From assembly GCF_036321535.1 (NCBI RefSeq), contig NC_087438.1, positions 3,412,001 to 3,476,000 of the forward strand: a stretch of DNA of 64,000 nt, in the 5' to 3' direction. Position 1 is the first letter of the stretch, and each line of letters opens with the position of its first letter. Below the pieces are notes generated by a model. That model made no database searches. It was given only the letters and a program-made list of their open reading frames with translations, and was not told the origin of the DNA. The position numbers and the translations under genes are program-made. Below are positions 37,535 to 49,425 of this stretch, one piece after another. This DNA comes from Camelus dromedarius (Eukaryota).

Positions 37535-37730
37535 TTAACTTCTTATGATTTACACTTTATTATGCATATTGTTTATTCTCTGTCCCTCCAACCCTATGAT
37601 GGAATTTAAGCTTCACAAGGGAAGATGTATGTGTCTGTTTTGTTCATTGCTGTATCTGGATTGACAAGAAGAGTGCCCAGCCCATAATTAATGAATATTC
37701 TTTGAATGAATGAATGAATGAATGAATGAA
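37535..37730 (+). mobile_element. L2 3' end with (TGAA)n tail (5' piece at ~35655-35805)
   Basis: taagcttcacaagggaag..tgtctgttttgttcattgctgtatct...tgaatgaatgaatgaa. Confidence 0.7.
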
Positions 37731-38207
37731 CAACATACTACACATTTCTTGGATGTGAGGGACTCAATTTCCTCCAGTAAGGGATTAAATTCTTGTCTAA
37801 ATGTTACACAACTCTGTAAAGAAATCCATTAGAGTGTTTAATCCATGCCGTTTTGATCATGTTAAGCAGCAACAGTATATTCAATGCCTTGACTAGATGA
37901 CTGTTTGCTTAAGTTTTTGTCTTTGTGTCTTGAAAATGTACAGAGAGATACAGGATCTGAGAATTTAAGTTTGGGCTATTCTTAGTACAGATATTTTGGT
38001 GACGAAGGCAGTCTTACTAAGCAATCAGTCTAGGACATCAGGTTCTGAATATTTTAGCTGTCACAATTTGATAAAGATGCTAATGGATGTGATTTATAAG
38101 AATGTTCCTAACTGTGTGATATATACTATTTATTATGGACAAATATCATCATAAACTCTCATGAATTTAGCATACTAGTCTTAAGAAGTAAGCTCCCGAA
38201 GATTTGT

Positions 38208-38443
38208 TCCAGAGCAATACAATTTTTTTGACACAGTGGAAATATCTGTACTGTCCAATATGGGAGCAACTAACCACATGTGGCTACTGAGCAACTGAAA
38301 GACTAAATTTTTAACTTTATTTGAATTTAATTTATTTAAACTTGAGTTTGGATACTCGTATGTGACTGTGGAGCAATTGGAGAGCTGAATTTTTAATTGC
38401 CTTCAATTTTAATTAAAATCAGTGGCCACTGTATTGAACAGCA
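38208..38443. mobile_element. MER3/MER33-like hAT-Charlie remnant
   Basis: ctgtccaatatgggagcaactaaccacatgtggctactgagca...gtggccactgtattgaacagca. Confidence 0.65.
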
Positions 38444-38699
38444 TTTGCCTAGAAGGTTTCCTCTAACAGAGGTTTAAATCCTTGTACTAGATTGGCCTGA
38501 AAGATGTCATAAAATTGAAAAGCTAAAAAAAAAAAACCCACAAAATTTACTAATGAAAAATAATACACACTGAAGTGACATTTAATCTCCAAGAGAAGTT
38601 TGATCTCCCTTTCTAAATAACTGCCATGTCCCACTAGGTTTTCTGTGTTCTGGACTGTTTTTCATATTCATTGCTTTCTCATGAAGTATGTCTGTTCTG

Positions 38700-40230
38700 G
38701 TCCAAAAAAACAGATCTTGGACTTACTAGACATTTTTCAGTTTAATAAGCACATTCTTTTTCTATTTACTGATTCATTTATTCTGAATTTTTTAAATAAC
38801 TTCTTTCTGGTTTCTACGTGGTCATTCATTGCATTTAAGAAAAAAAAAAACTTTTGAGTTAATACTTGGTTGCTTTATTTTCTTTATTTTTTTAAGGAAA
38901 GCATTCAGGACTTCAAATTTCTCCAAGTGCATCGTGAGCACATCCCACCATTTTTAAAGAGCCAGCTTTTGGTTTCTCCAGTTTTCCTCTACTGATTTCC
39001 TGTTTTCTGTTAAATTGACTTATGCTCTAATTCTTATTATTTCTTTTCTTCTGCTTATATTATATTTAATTCAATCTTCTTTTTTTAGTTTCCTACGTTG
39101 GAAACGTACCTTACTGATTTTAGATCTTTCTTCTTTTCTAGTATCTGCCTTAGATATTATAGATTACCCTCTTTGCACTTCATTGCAAATTTGGATAAGT
39201 TGCGTTCTCATTTTAATTTATGCCAAAATATATTTTAAAATTTCTTTTGAATTTCTTTGACCACGTGTTATTCAGAAATGTGTGGTCTAATCTCCACTTA
39301 TTTGGGGATTTTCCAGTTATCTTTTTGTTATTGATTTTGAATATAGTTCTCTTGTGTTCTGAGAGCTATTCTTTTAAATTTGTCAAAGTGTGTTTTATGG
39401 CCCAGAATGTGGTCTATCTGGATGAATGCTCTGTGCGAGCTTGAGAAATATGTTCCGCTATTGCTGGATGAAGTGGTCTGGAAGTCAGTTATGTCCAGCT
39501 GACTGATGGCATTGTTGAGTTTAACTGTGTCCTTAATGATTTTCTGCCTGCTGAATGTGTCCATTTCTGCGAGAGGAGTGATGAAGTCTCCAACTATGAT
39601 CATGGATTCACCTATTCCTCCTCTCAGATCAGTTTTTGCTTCATGTAGTTTGGCACTCTGTTCTTAGGTACATACGTGTTAAGAATTGCTGTGTCCCCTT
39701 AAAGAGCTGACTCTTTTATTTATTTATTATCTAATGGCCTCTTAATTCCTAATAGCTTTCCTTACTTTGACATCTGCTCTGTCTGAAACTAATATAGCTA
39801 CTCTTGCTTTCTTTTGATTGTGTTATCATGGTATATTTTTGCATCCATTTACTTTTAATTTATATGTGTCTTTATATTTAAAGTGAGTTTCTTGTAGACA
39901 GCATATATTTGGGTCATGTTTCCTGACCCATGACAATCTCTGTCTCATAACTGGTGCGTTTAGACCATTAACATTCCAAGTTAATGTGGTTGAAGTAATA
40001 GCTACTGTACGTGTTAATGTTTTTCTTGTTGCCCATGTTCATTATTCTTGTTTTTTTTTCTTCTACTCTTTTTCTGCCTTTTGTGGTCTTAATTTAACAT
40101 TTTATATTATTCTATTTTCTGTCCTTTAGCGTATCAGTTATAGTTTTGTTTTCACTCTTTTTAAAAACTATTTTTAGCCCTAGAGTTTCAGTATACATTT
40201 ACAACTAACTCAGGTTCACTCTCAATGACC
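38700..40230 (-). mobile_element. L1 fragment covering the ORF2 endonuclease region (degenerate)
   Basis: Minus ORF 39328-39603 gives IIVGDFITPLAEMDTFSRQKIIKDT...IDHILGHK, matching the L1 APE endonuclease motifs GDFNTPL and IDHILG; frameshifted. Confidence 0.85.
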
Positions 40231-40299
40231 ACCATCATTGGTGTCATTCTTCAGGGGTACATGCCAATCATAGCTGTAAAAAAGCAACATGGTGGGCAG

Positions 40300-40500
40300 C
40301 AAGGGTGTGTATATCGGAGCAGTTCAGACTGAATTTTAACCTTAGCTACTCCACTTCCTAGCTCTACAATGGTGGGCAAATTTTTGCATTCAGTGTCCCA
40401 TTCCTTTAAATGAGAATATTAATTCTCATTTCATATGTCCTTTACTAGGATAAGAATAATAGAGCAAAACACACAGCCACATGGCTGGTACCCGAGACAA
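40300..40500 (+). mobile_element. MIR SINE
   Basis: cagactgaattttaaccttagctactccacttcctagct...gggcaaatt...cagtgtcccattcctttaaatgagaata. Confidence 0.55.
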
Positions 40501-43500
40501 AGTAATTATAAAAGTTCTATAAAAGCGAAGTTGTTTTATGTTTCAGAAACATCACTAAGAAGACTAGAATGAGGACAATATTCCCAAAACAAATCACACT
40601 CCTGGGGAAATGACAAAGGAATAGCATAAAAATGAAATGAATTGAGACTTGAAGTGCCTGTTTCTCCTAGAGAGTCAGATCGCTTTTCCCTGTGTTGATT
40701 GATGGCTGGCTCTCTGGAAAAGGACTCTCGGTGTCACCTGAGACAAGCTTCGAGCCAGTTCAGTGGGGAATCTCTTATCCTGCAGGAGAAGCAGGCTCTG
40801 TGGTTGGGCATTTATCTACCTCTTTCTGATACTCATTTGATTTTTTGATTCATGCAACTTTCGTGGACAGCTTTTATAAACAGATACCCATTGATAAGAA
40901 TCTACCAACTTCCAAGTGTGAGTAACAGCAGATATAATACTGTAAGCATCATACTTTCAAGCTTCAGTATTTTCTTTACTCGTGTTGCCAGAAGCAGGTT
41001 TCTCAGCACTGACACGGCACCTACTCTTTCTTCCCTTATAAATGCAGTATGAGTGCTGAGTTTCCCAGTGTCCAATGATTTACAGAACTGGAGATGAGAG
41101 AGATGCAGGCGCCTGGAGAGCTCCCCTGCACCGCCTGGGGGACGCTGGCCATTTCTGAAGTCTGGTTAATAATCCACCCAGCCGACCTCCCCTTGATTCC
41201 TGTGAGCAGGTGTCTGCCAGACGTTTTATGAGCTTCGGAGTAAATCTTCTTGATTCAGTAAAGAAAACCTTTGATAAGGAGAAGACATTAATCTCCCATG
41301 ATTTACCTAATCATTTAAATAAGCTTGCAAACTAATAATGCAGCCAGACAATGGAGTCACTTTTTTCTTGCATTTTTCATTTCCTGTTGATTATCAAGGG
41401 ATAGCAAAATATCAGCCTCCTCCGTTAGGATGGTCTATGTAGTCAATGACATTGGGGATTCTTTAAATATAGAATATTGTACTTCAGACTAAATTATAAA
41501 GGAAACAAGCCTAACACTTGACTACTTTGTTAATGAAAATTCAGAATTCCTCCAGCTGCGGCGGGTCATTCTTGCCTGAGGGTCTGATCCTCTGGGCCAC
41601 CCAGGATGTAGCCTTGAACCCAGGGGAAAGCAGGGGGTGGTTCTGAGTCTGGAACAGCTGTCATAGAACACAAGTGTTTCAGGGGACGAAGCCAGAAAAG
41701 GTGAGTGAGGCTGCGGGCCAGAAGCAAGGATGTGTGTGGGGCGATGGTGGTGCTGGGGCACACCAGAACGCAGGCTTCAGAGGGATCTCATTCTGCACTG
41801 TGAAAAACCCCCCAGAAATGCCTGCATTATCAGAAGAGAACCAGAGGTCATCGGGGTGAAGGATGGTAGTTGACACTCTTGGTGTCATTCATGCAGCAGA
41901 TCTCGTCGGTCGTTTTCTGTAGGTTATGTATTTAAAATATGTATTATTGTTAAATTTTACAAACTCGTGGCAAGGGGCGGTCTTTATATCCGCCTCCTCG
42001 GTGATATAACAGCACAGAAGGATGAGGAAATCATCCAAAGCCCCAAAGATGATAACGCTGGAATCGATGGTAAAAGCGGGGTGTCTGACTCATCTCTTCT
42101 CTGGGGGTCCCCCGGGCTCGCACTGAATGCTCAACCTCACCTTCCTCTGGAGAACTTAGTGAAGCTGGCCATCTTTTAAGGGTTATTTGAAAAGCAAGGA
42201 ATTGCTTGCATATCAGAAAAGGTTTTTTTTAAGCAAAAAATGATTTTTTTTTAGTTTAACATTCTAACTAGTTACCACTAATAGTGTGCAGAACCTCCCT
42301 GGGTGGCGTTATCACACAAGGCTGAACACATCCTGCTTTAGCGATTATTTAATTCCATACTTGGCTCTTCCTTGATAGAACTGCAGACTTTAAAGTATTA
42401 GCTATCCTAGTTTAGTTCATAGAATTCTAGACCAAAAAGTTTCCCGGGTCATCCATGGTCATCCACTGCATGACAGCCCCCCCACCATCTCCTCCTCCTC
42501 CTCCACCTCAATCCAGGACATGAATTCCAAGTATTCTCCCTTTCCACTGCAAGCTGGCATCTGGACCCCAGGAGGTCTACCCCCTGTGGTGCTGATGGCT
42601 TCATTGATAACGTACTGAGGTGACCTCTCTTCCCTCCTCTCCTTCAGCAGGAACACGATGGCCAGTGCTCAATCTCTGAACACATGATAAGCCTGGGCTC
42701 CCGTTCCTTTTATCTCTCCACCCCAACCCGCGCCCCCCGCCGTCCCTGAGAGTCATGCTGGCCCTTTCCCAAGATCTGAGAAATGCCTACCCACGCCTGT
42801 CACACTACTCTGCACGCATTCTCAGACTTCCGCAGGACCGCTCAGCCCACCACAGAGTCTCCTTTGACGGGCAGTGAGGGGCATGAAGCGCCCCCGAAGG
42901 AGAATCAGACTTGGGCTCCTGAATCAGAGGCACACTTAGGACAGGTGCCCAAGCTTCAGAGTCTTTGAGTGCTTAATAAGTGTCTAATCAGTGTGCCAAA
43001 TGATCGAAAGCCTTGAAAAAAATCAGCACACTTAAAACATTGTATTGAAGAGTTCTCAGTGATACTTGGATAGTTTTATGAGTGATTACTTGCATTCAAA
43101 AATTAAAAAGTTACTTTAAAACACTTATAAGAATTTTAAATTTCACCTGTAATCCCACGATCCAGCAATGCCATTCGTATTTTTTAAAGCAAGGACGCAC
43201 ACAGATTTTACAAACTTGAGTCATGCCTAAAGATGTAAAGATGAAGGTGGAATCCCCCTCCTGCATCCCTGCTCCTCAATTTTCTCTCCCTGAACATAAC
43301 CACTGTTAGCGGGTTTCTCATCAGCCCTTCCAGGAAAGACCTTTCAGTGTAGAGGCACCCTTTTAAAAGCAAACACATGGGGGATCACACTAGACACTTT
43401 ATTAAACACTTTAAAACCTAACAACTTCTGGGAACCCTACAGTCTAAGCCTTATACTTACAGGTTTTGAAGGTATTCTGATTTTGTTTAAATCCTTACAC

Positions 43501-43507
43501 TTTTCAG

Positions 43508-43685
43508 GTGATCTTGAAACTGTTAATCACCCTCCCTCTCCTTTTCCTCATCCATTAAAGGAGGCGCGTAATGATACCCACCTCACAGAACTGCTGTGAA
43601 TGATAAATAAGGTGTAACATAGAAAATGCTGACCACAGTCTTAGGAACTCACACAAAAAAAGTTTTATTATGATTATCATTAGTA
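43508..43685 (+). mobile_element. MIR SINE (3' part)
   Basis: ttttcctcatccattaaagg...taatgatacccacctcacagaactgctgtgaatgataaa. Confidence 0.6.
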
Positions 43686-44481
43686 CCTAATTAGCTGACC
43701 TTTTTTAAATGGTTATGTAACACTCCACATATATAAATACAACTTTAGAAAATTACCCTGAATTAATTGGTACACATTTAAATTATTTCTTGTTTTTCTT
43801 ATTTTTTGTTTTGCCTGAATTTTATACGATTACACACAATGATTCAATATACATTCACAAATATTTATCAATATTGAGGAATTGCACGTTTTAAAAGTAC
43901 CCATCACCCTAAAAGGTAAAAATTAGTCTCTTCATTCGTATTCCTTTAAGATATTTTTATCATTGTTGAACATTCATTGTCTGTTATGCAGTACAGACAT
44001 TTTTCGTGTTTTTATAAAGTCAGTTCTTTCCTATTTACCAAATGTCTTGCCAAGAAAGCCCTCCCTGATTCCCAAAGAAATTCTTTGGTGCCTTCTTCCG
44101 GATTAATTTCATTAAGTTGCACTTTTATAGAAAGTGTCACATTATGTTCAAATTTGAATAGTGTTGCAAGTTACTATGTGAGGATTATAATTTTATCTCT
44201 TTATTTGGGACTGTCCCCCACCAAAGCACACCCATCTTCACACCTAGGGTTTGGGTGTGCGCTTTCTCCTCTGTTATTTGGTTTAAAGTACCGACCTCAG
44301 CATGCTGCGCGCGCTCTCTGTTCTGGAGACAAGGATGCTGATGGAAGGGGCTCGGGGATGCTGGATTCTCAGCCCCACGGCTGCCCTTACAGCGTGCGCT
44401 GCTGCTGGGGGAAACAGCATGTTTGTGAGCAAGTAATACAACAATGATGCGCATTTATCTCCTCCCTCTCTCTCTTTGCAG

Positions 44482-44764
44482 TCAGGCATGATAAGAACTC
44501 AGGAGGCAGATTACTTCTTGAAGCCGCTGCCTGCGCACCTGGCCGGGAGACTGCACGCCGCGGCCGGGGGTGCGCCCGCCTCGCACATACTGTACAAGCG
44601 ATCCACGGAGCCGCGGGCGCGGGGGGCCCCCCAGGCCGTGAGGATGGAGAAGCGGTGGGAGCTGGAAAACCGCCGCCCCTTCCATGGCGAGGACCAGCCC
44701 CTGAGCCACGGCTTCCGCCTCGGGCACCCCCAGAAGCAGCATTTCTGTGGGAGACGCAAGAAAT
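44482..44764 (+). CDS. ADAMTS16: ADAMTS16 coding exon 4 (prodomain; SGMIRTQEADYFLKPL...QKQHFCGRRKK)
   Basis: Polypyrimidine tract plus ttgcag|TCA; donor AAAT|gtatgt; 283 nt; contains GMIRT/YFLKPL and the cysteine-switch-like HFCG. Confidence 0.94.
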
Positions 44765-47083
44765 GTATGTAAGGGCGATTCTTTCTGTGCACTTAACAAT
44801 TCGGGCATTCACGTAAGCCGGTAGAGTGTCTCATTTTCTTCAAAGTAGCCTGCCCTCCCGCTGAAATGTACTGACTGCCTTTGCTAAACGTGAGCGATGA
44901 TTCCAGAGACATCTCGTCCATCACCTGCACGTTGCATAAAACGTCTCTCCATGGCAGATGGGTAGATGACAATAGATTTTTTTTTAAGAGCTGTTCCCTG
45001 CAAATTAAATGACACAGTGCCTGGAAGTGCAAAATCCTCCAGATGTCTTCAAAAGAACCCTGGCACGTCTACCCAGTAATTCTATATTTTTGAGGTCTAG
45101 ATTTATGAAAGCCCACATGCTTTTCCTGGTGAGGTGGTTATCCCCGTGCAGGTTTACACACTTCACTCCACCACCTCAGAAGACAGAGCACCCGTGACAT
45201 AATTCACCTGCAGTTTATCACCAAGGCTATATTGAAGTCTATTTTGTTTTGCCATGAACATTTAGAAAGTGATGTGATATTTATGTTTTCGGTAAGAACC
45301 TGTCACAAACTCAGGAATAGGAGTTCAGTATTTTCTAGACTTTTCCTCACTTCCTTCAGCTTTCTCTGTAAGCATTGCTTTATTTGGTAAAACTTTCGCA
45401 AGGAGCCTCTGGGAAGCCCATGTTCCCCCAGCCCCATCTTTCTCTGCTGCTTGGTGTTGGCTGCTGGGCCCAGCACCCTAACATAGGGGTAGGTACATGC
45501 GGGGCCCGTAAATGCTGCGGAGCAGAGAGAATGGCCCGGAATCACTTGGCATCAGCGACAAAAGAGTAAGTTCCGTTGAATTGTCAGCACCTGTGTGTCA
45601 TCTAAACTCATATCGTCCAATAAAGAAGAGTCTCAGGCTACATTCAAACGGACTTGGAAAAGCTCCACCCAAGTTGGCCAATAATGAGCTGGGTCTTAGG
45701 GGCGGCAGCAGGAAGCACCGTGTTGAGCGCAAGGAGAGGGACAGGAGGCTGAGAAGGTCAGGGAGACAGGCTGAGTGGGCGTCACAGCAGGGCACACTGA
45801 CCTCCGGCACCAGCTCCCTGAGGCAGCTCCGACAGGGAGAAGCAGGAGGAGGGGGCAAGGGCAGGACCAGCCAGGGAGGGGAGCGAGGGTTGGGACTCAG
45901 GCAAGAGGGGCCAAGGGGCGGGGCCGGGCAGGGAGGGGCGGGGCCAGGCAGAGAGAAGGTCCGAGCCAGGACGGTGCTCACAGAGCTCCTGGCGAGGACG
46001 TGGTCAGGGAGGGACAGATTCTATGTGCTGGGGACAGAAAGTTGAGCAACCATCTGGATCTGGGCAGGAAAGATGGGCAGGGCTGTCCTCTTTGACAGGT
46101 CACACCAGGGCCTGAAGCCAATGTTCTAGTGGCCCTGAGAAATCCAGCAGTGCTGACCATTCTGAAATGAATGGGCACCTTTCATTCTAATCTGGAGGTG
46201 ACCAGAGTCGTTCAGGCCAGTGGCCCTAAGGCACAGCTGTGTCTGGAGGGCAGTAGGATCGTGCTGTTTGGCATGGCCGCATGTACATGTGTGTACGTGT
46301 GTGTGTGCACGTGTGCATGTGTGTGTGCACACGTGCACATGTGTTTGGTGTATTTGCCTCCAGAGGCGTTTCAGAATCTCTATAGTGGGGGTTGACTGAT
46401 GAGAAGCAGTTATTTGAAAAAGATGCTAAATTGAACAGTAAGTTTTGTGTTTAGAACATGGGAAAATGTCACCATTATTTTCATAATAAAACAAAATTAT
46501 GAAAAATGGGAAAAATTGTCATAAGACACCTTTTGCTGGTGGACAACTTCGGTGGTCAGTCTGGTGCTGTTTGACTTGCCATAGTCTCTGTCCCCTCCCG
46601 CCGGGTACATGGCAGATCTGTACCCTGGACCCAGTGGCTGGGGACGTGTGCTAGCAGAATTGACCCACATCACCTCCCGGCTGAGAGTTTAATTCTCAGG
46701 ACCCCGTTATCTGTGCAGGATATTTCCATGTTGTCTATGAGGCTTTGGACTTCCCTGGAGAAGTCCTGGTCTTCTGTCAAAGATTCTTCCCTATTCTCTG
46801 GTTCAGAAGATGGAAGATGTTTCTGTGTGTTCAGGCATTTCTCTGTGGAAAAGGGCAGACAAAGGCAGGTTGATTTGCTTAAACTCACAGATGGGTTTTG
46901 AGCTGGGACTTGCAAGTTTGGAGAAAATGCTGCAGTACTTTATTGAGGGGTGTCTGGCTTGCTCTGAGGGGCGTGTCGGAGGCCCAGCCAGTACGGTCCC
47001 CACCCCTGGTGCCCCTGCCCTTGTCCCTTCCGGGGGCCTGGGAGGCTGCCGTGTTCACTTTCACCCTGCACACACTTTTCCAC

Positions 47084-47590
47084 TGTCGACCAAAATAAAA
47101 CACGCAACCTGAAAGCTGACAGTTAAGTTTTACTCAGTGGACTTCCTGAGGACTCGGGCTCAGGAGGCAGCCTTGCAGGTCACTCTAAGAGGCTGCTCCC
47201 CCGGGCGCTGGAGAAGCCAGGATATATAGGAGGTTTTACAACAAAGACCAGGTAGTTGGGACATCAAAAGATTACTGTTAATTAAAGAGAACCAGATAGC
47301 TCAAGTTAAGGAATGTAGCACTTTTCTGTGTATGGGAAGGTGCAAAGGTCTGGGCACGTTGAAATCACTCCTTTGATGTGCATCTAGCTGTCTGGGGCCA
47401 GTGTCCTGTGCTTTCCCATCCTGAGTCCCCTCAAGGGGAACCGTAGGGGTGGCAGCAGAGGCCAGACTGCCTGCTGGTCTCCGTCCTGAATTCCCTCTGC
47501 TCACTGTCGGGAGTGGCGGGTAGCGACTGATGACTTGAAAGCTGCAGCGTCCTGTGTTTACTATGTGGCTGGAAATACGTTTCATTCACA
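47084..47590 (-). mobile_element. MER41-like ERV1 solo LTR (antisense to ADAMTS16)
   Basis: TG...CA termini, 507 bp; reverse-complement homologue of 48621-49122; flanks ccac/gcac form a near 4-bp TSD; TATATA on the minus strand near 47223. Confidence 0.85.
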
Positions 47591-47594
47591 GCAC

Positions 47595-47765
47595 CGAGGG
47601 AATTAAGACTAAGGGCTCTGGGACCACACTGCCGGATCTGAAATCCGCTTTCTAGGGAGAGGCTGCAAGAAAGTTGTGTTCCTGTCCTGAACCTCCAAGG
47701 CCTCACTCCTACCCAGGGCTGGTGTAGAGATTGAGTGAGTCACACACAGACATCTCTTAGGGTGG
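47595..47765 (+). mobile_element. MIR SINE fragment
   Basis: ttaagactaagggctctgggaccacactgcc...cctacccagggctggtgtagagattgagtgag. Confidence 0.5.
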
Positions 47766-48620
47766 AGTTCACATCTGTGGAAATTGCATTGATGTAAACG
47801 GTGCATGATGAGTGCTTGTTAAACTTCACTGTTATCCTCCAAAAGGTTCATTTGGGTTTGGTAGCATTTTAGCAAAGAGCGATAAAAGGCCAAGGGCCTG
47901 GGTACCAGTCACCCAGGATGGCATCTCCCAGCAGCATGTTCTGTGAGTAGAGTTGGCATCGCATTTGACCTAGTGCTATATTTAGCGGGTGTTTTAAAGT
48001 CTACTTTCACGTGAAACGGTTGTAACCACAGTTTCTGAGGCATGCACTAAACCATCCTTTCTAACCCAGTGTTAACTCACTGACTCTAAACGCCCAACCT
48101 CGTTTTAAATGGCTTACTCCAGGAGGACGGAGGACGTTTTGTCTTCCCACTAAATTAGGTAAGTATTTCTGACACTCTCTAGGAAATCCAGCCCTGCAGT
48201 GAGGTGGGTCTGTCTTGATCAGTTTATAACCCATTTGGCACACTACACACAAACCAGTTATGCGTCCAGACATGAGAAGCGACTTTAAAAATTCTTAGGT
48301 CATTAAAAGGCTTCCACTAAGAACACAGTGTAAGATGGCTCTCCTTTTTGTAATCATCAGTGTCGCTGCTTTCCCAGTAACTCTTCTGCAGGGGCCTGGT
48401 CCACAGGGGCTGTTAACGGTCGCTGAGCTCTGTGCTGTTAGATGCTAGGACTTCAGAGGCAAAGTGACCCTCTTTCTGTTTTCAATCACGACAAATTTAT
48501 ACAAAGGTCCACACAGCCGTGAATTCCATGACATCTAGACTATGCAAACTTTATTTAAACGTAATGTTCCACTTTAACGTAAGTTTTGCATCACAGTTTT
48601 AAGGGTTTTATGGTTCGTAT

Positions 48621-49122
48621 TGTAAATGAAAAATATTTCTAGCTGTATCAGTAAACAAAGGAAGCGCGGCCACCAAGTCATCAGCCGCTATCACCACCCC
48701 GGACAATGAGCGGAGGGAACTCGGGATGGAGACCAGCAGGTTGCCCGGCCTCTGCAGCCCCTACAACAGTGCCCCTGAGGGGACTCAGGATGGGAAAGAA
48801 TAGGAGACTGGCCCTGGATAGCTAGGTGCTCATCAAAGGAATGACTTCAGTGAGCCCAGAACTTTGTACCCTCCCATACATAGAAAAGCGCTGAATTCCT
48901 TAACTTGAGATGTCTGGTTTTCTTTAAGAGTAATCTTTTGATGTCCCAACTACCTGGTCTTTGTTGTAAAAGCTCCTACATATCCTGGCCCCTCCCTGCC
49001 TCTTCAGAGCAGTCCCTCAGAGTGATCTGGGAGGCTGTCATCCAGACTCGAGTCCTCAGAAATGTCCGCGGAATAAAACGTAACTCTCTACTTTTAGGTT
49101 GTGCATTTCATGTCAGGCGACA
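48621..49122 (+). mobile_element. MER41-like ERV1 solo LTR (sense), ends 103 nt before exon 5
   Basis: TGTAAATGAA...GGCGACA, 502 bp; AATAAA at 49072-49077; flanks gtat/gttt form a near 4-bp TSD. Confidence 0.85.
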
Positions 49123-49225
49123 GTTTCATAAAGTTTTTCAAATCCAGTTTCTGTATCACGAGTTCCACTGCCGGGTTTGAGCGGCAGCTTTGCCTTTCAG
49201 TTCCTCTTCCAACCTCCCTCCGCAG

Positions 49226-49425
49226 ACATGCCCAGGCCTCCCGAGGACGACCTCTTCACCCTGCCTGACGAGTACGGGGCCGGCTTCAGGCACAGGCGCT
49301 CCCTCCTCAAGTCCCACCGGCACCAAGAGCTGAACGTGGAGACGCTGGTGGTGGTTGACAGAAAGATGATGCAAAACCACGGCCACGAAAACATCACCAC
49401 CTACGTCCTGACCATACTCAACATG
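49226..49425 (+). CDS. ADAMTS16: ADAMTS16 coding exon 5 (furin site RHRR/S at 49288-49299; start of catalytic domain ELNVETLVVVD)
   Basis: Acceptor ccgcag|AC; donor ATG|gtaggg; 200 nt; split codon T+AC = Tyr with exon 4. Confidence 0.95.

Noticed and set aside
39328..39603. Endonuclease-like ORF
   Set aside because: Frameshifted L1 ORF2 remnant; the catalytic-motif Asn (GDFN) is replaced by Ile.
47084..49122. Two LTRs as ends of a provirus, or as interferon-responsive (GAS) MER41 enhancers
   Set aside because: Opposite orientation, separate TSDs and no gag/pol/env between them; I did not find a TTCnnnGAA motif in either copy.
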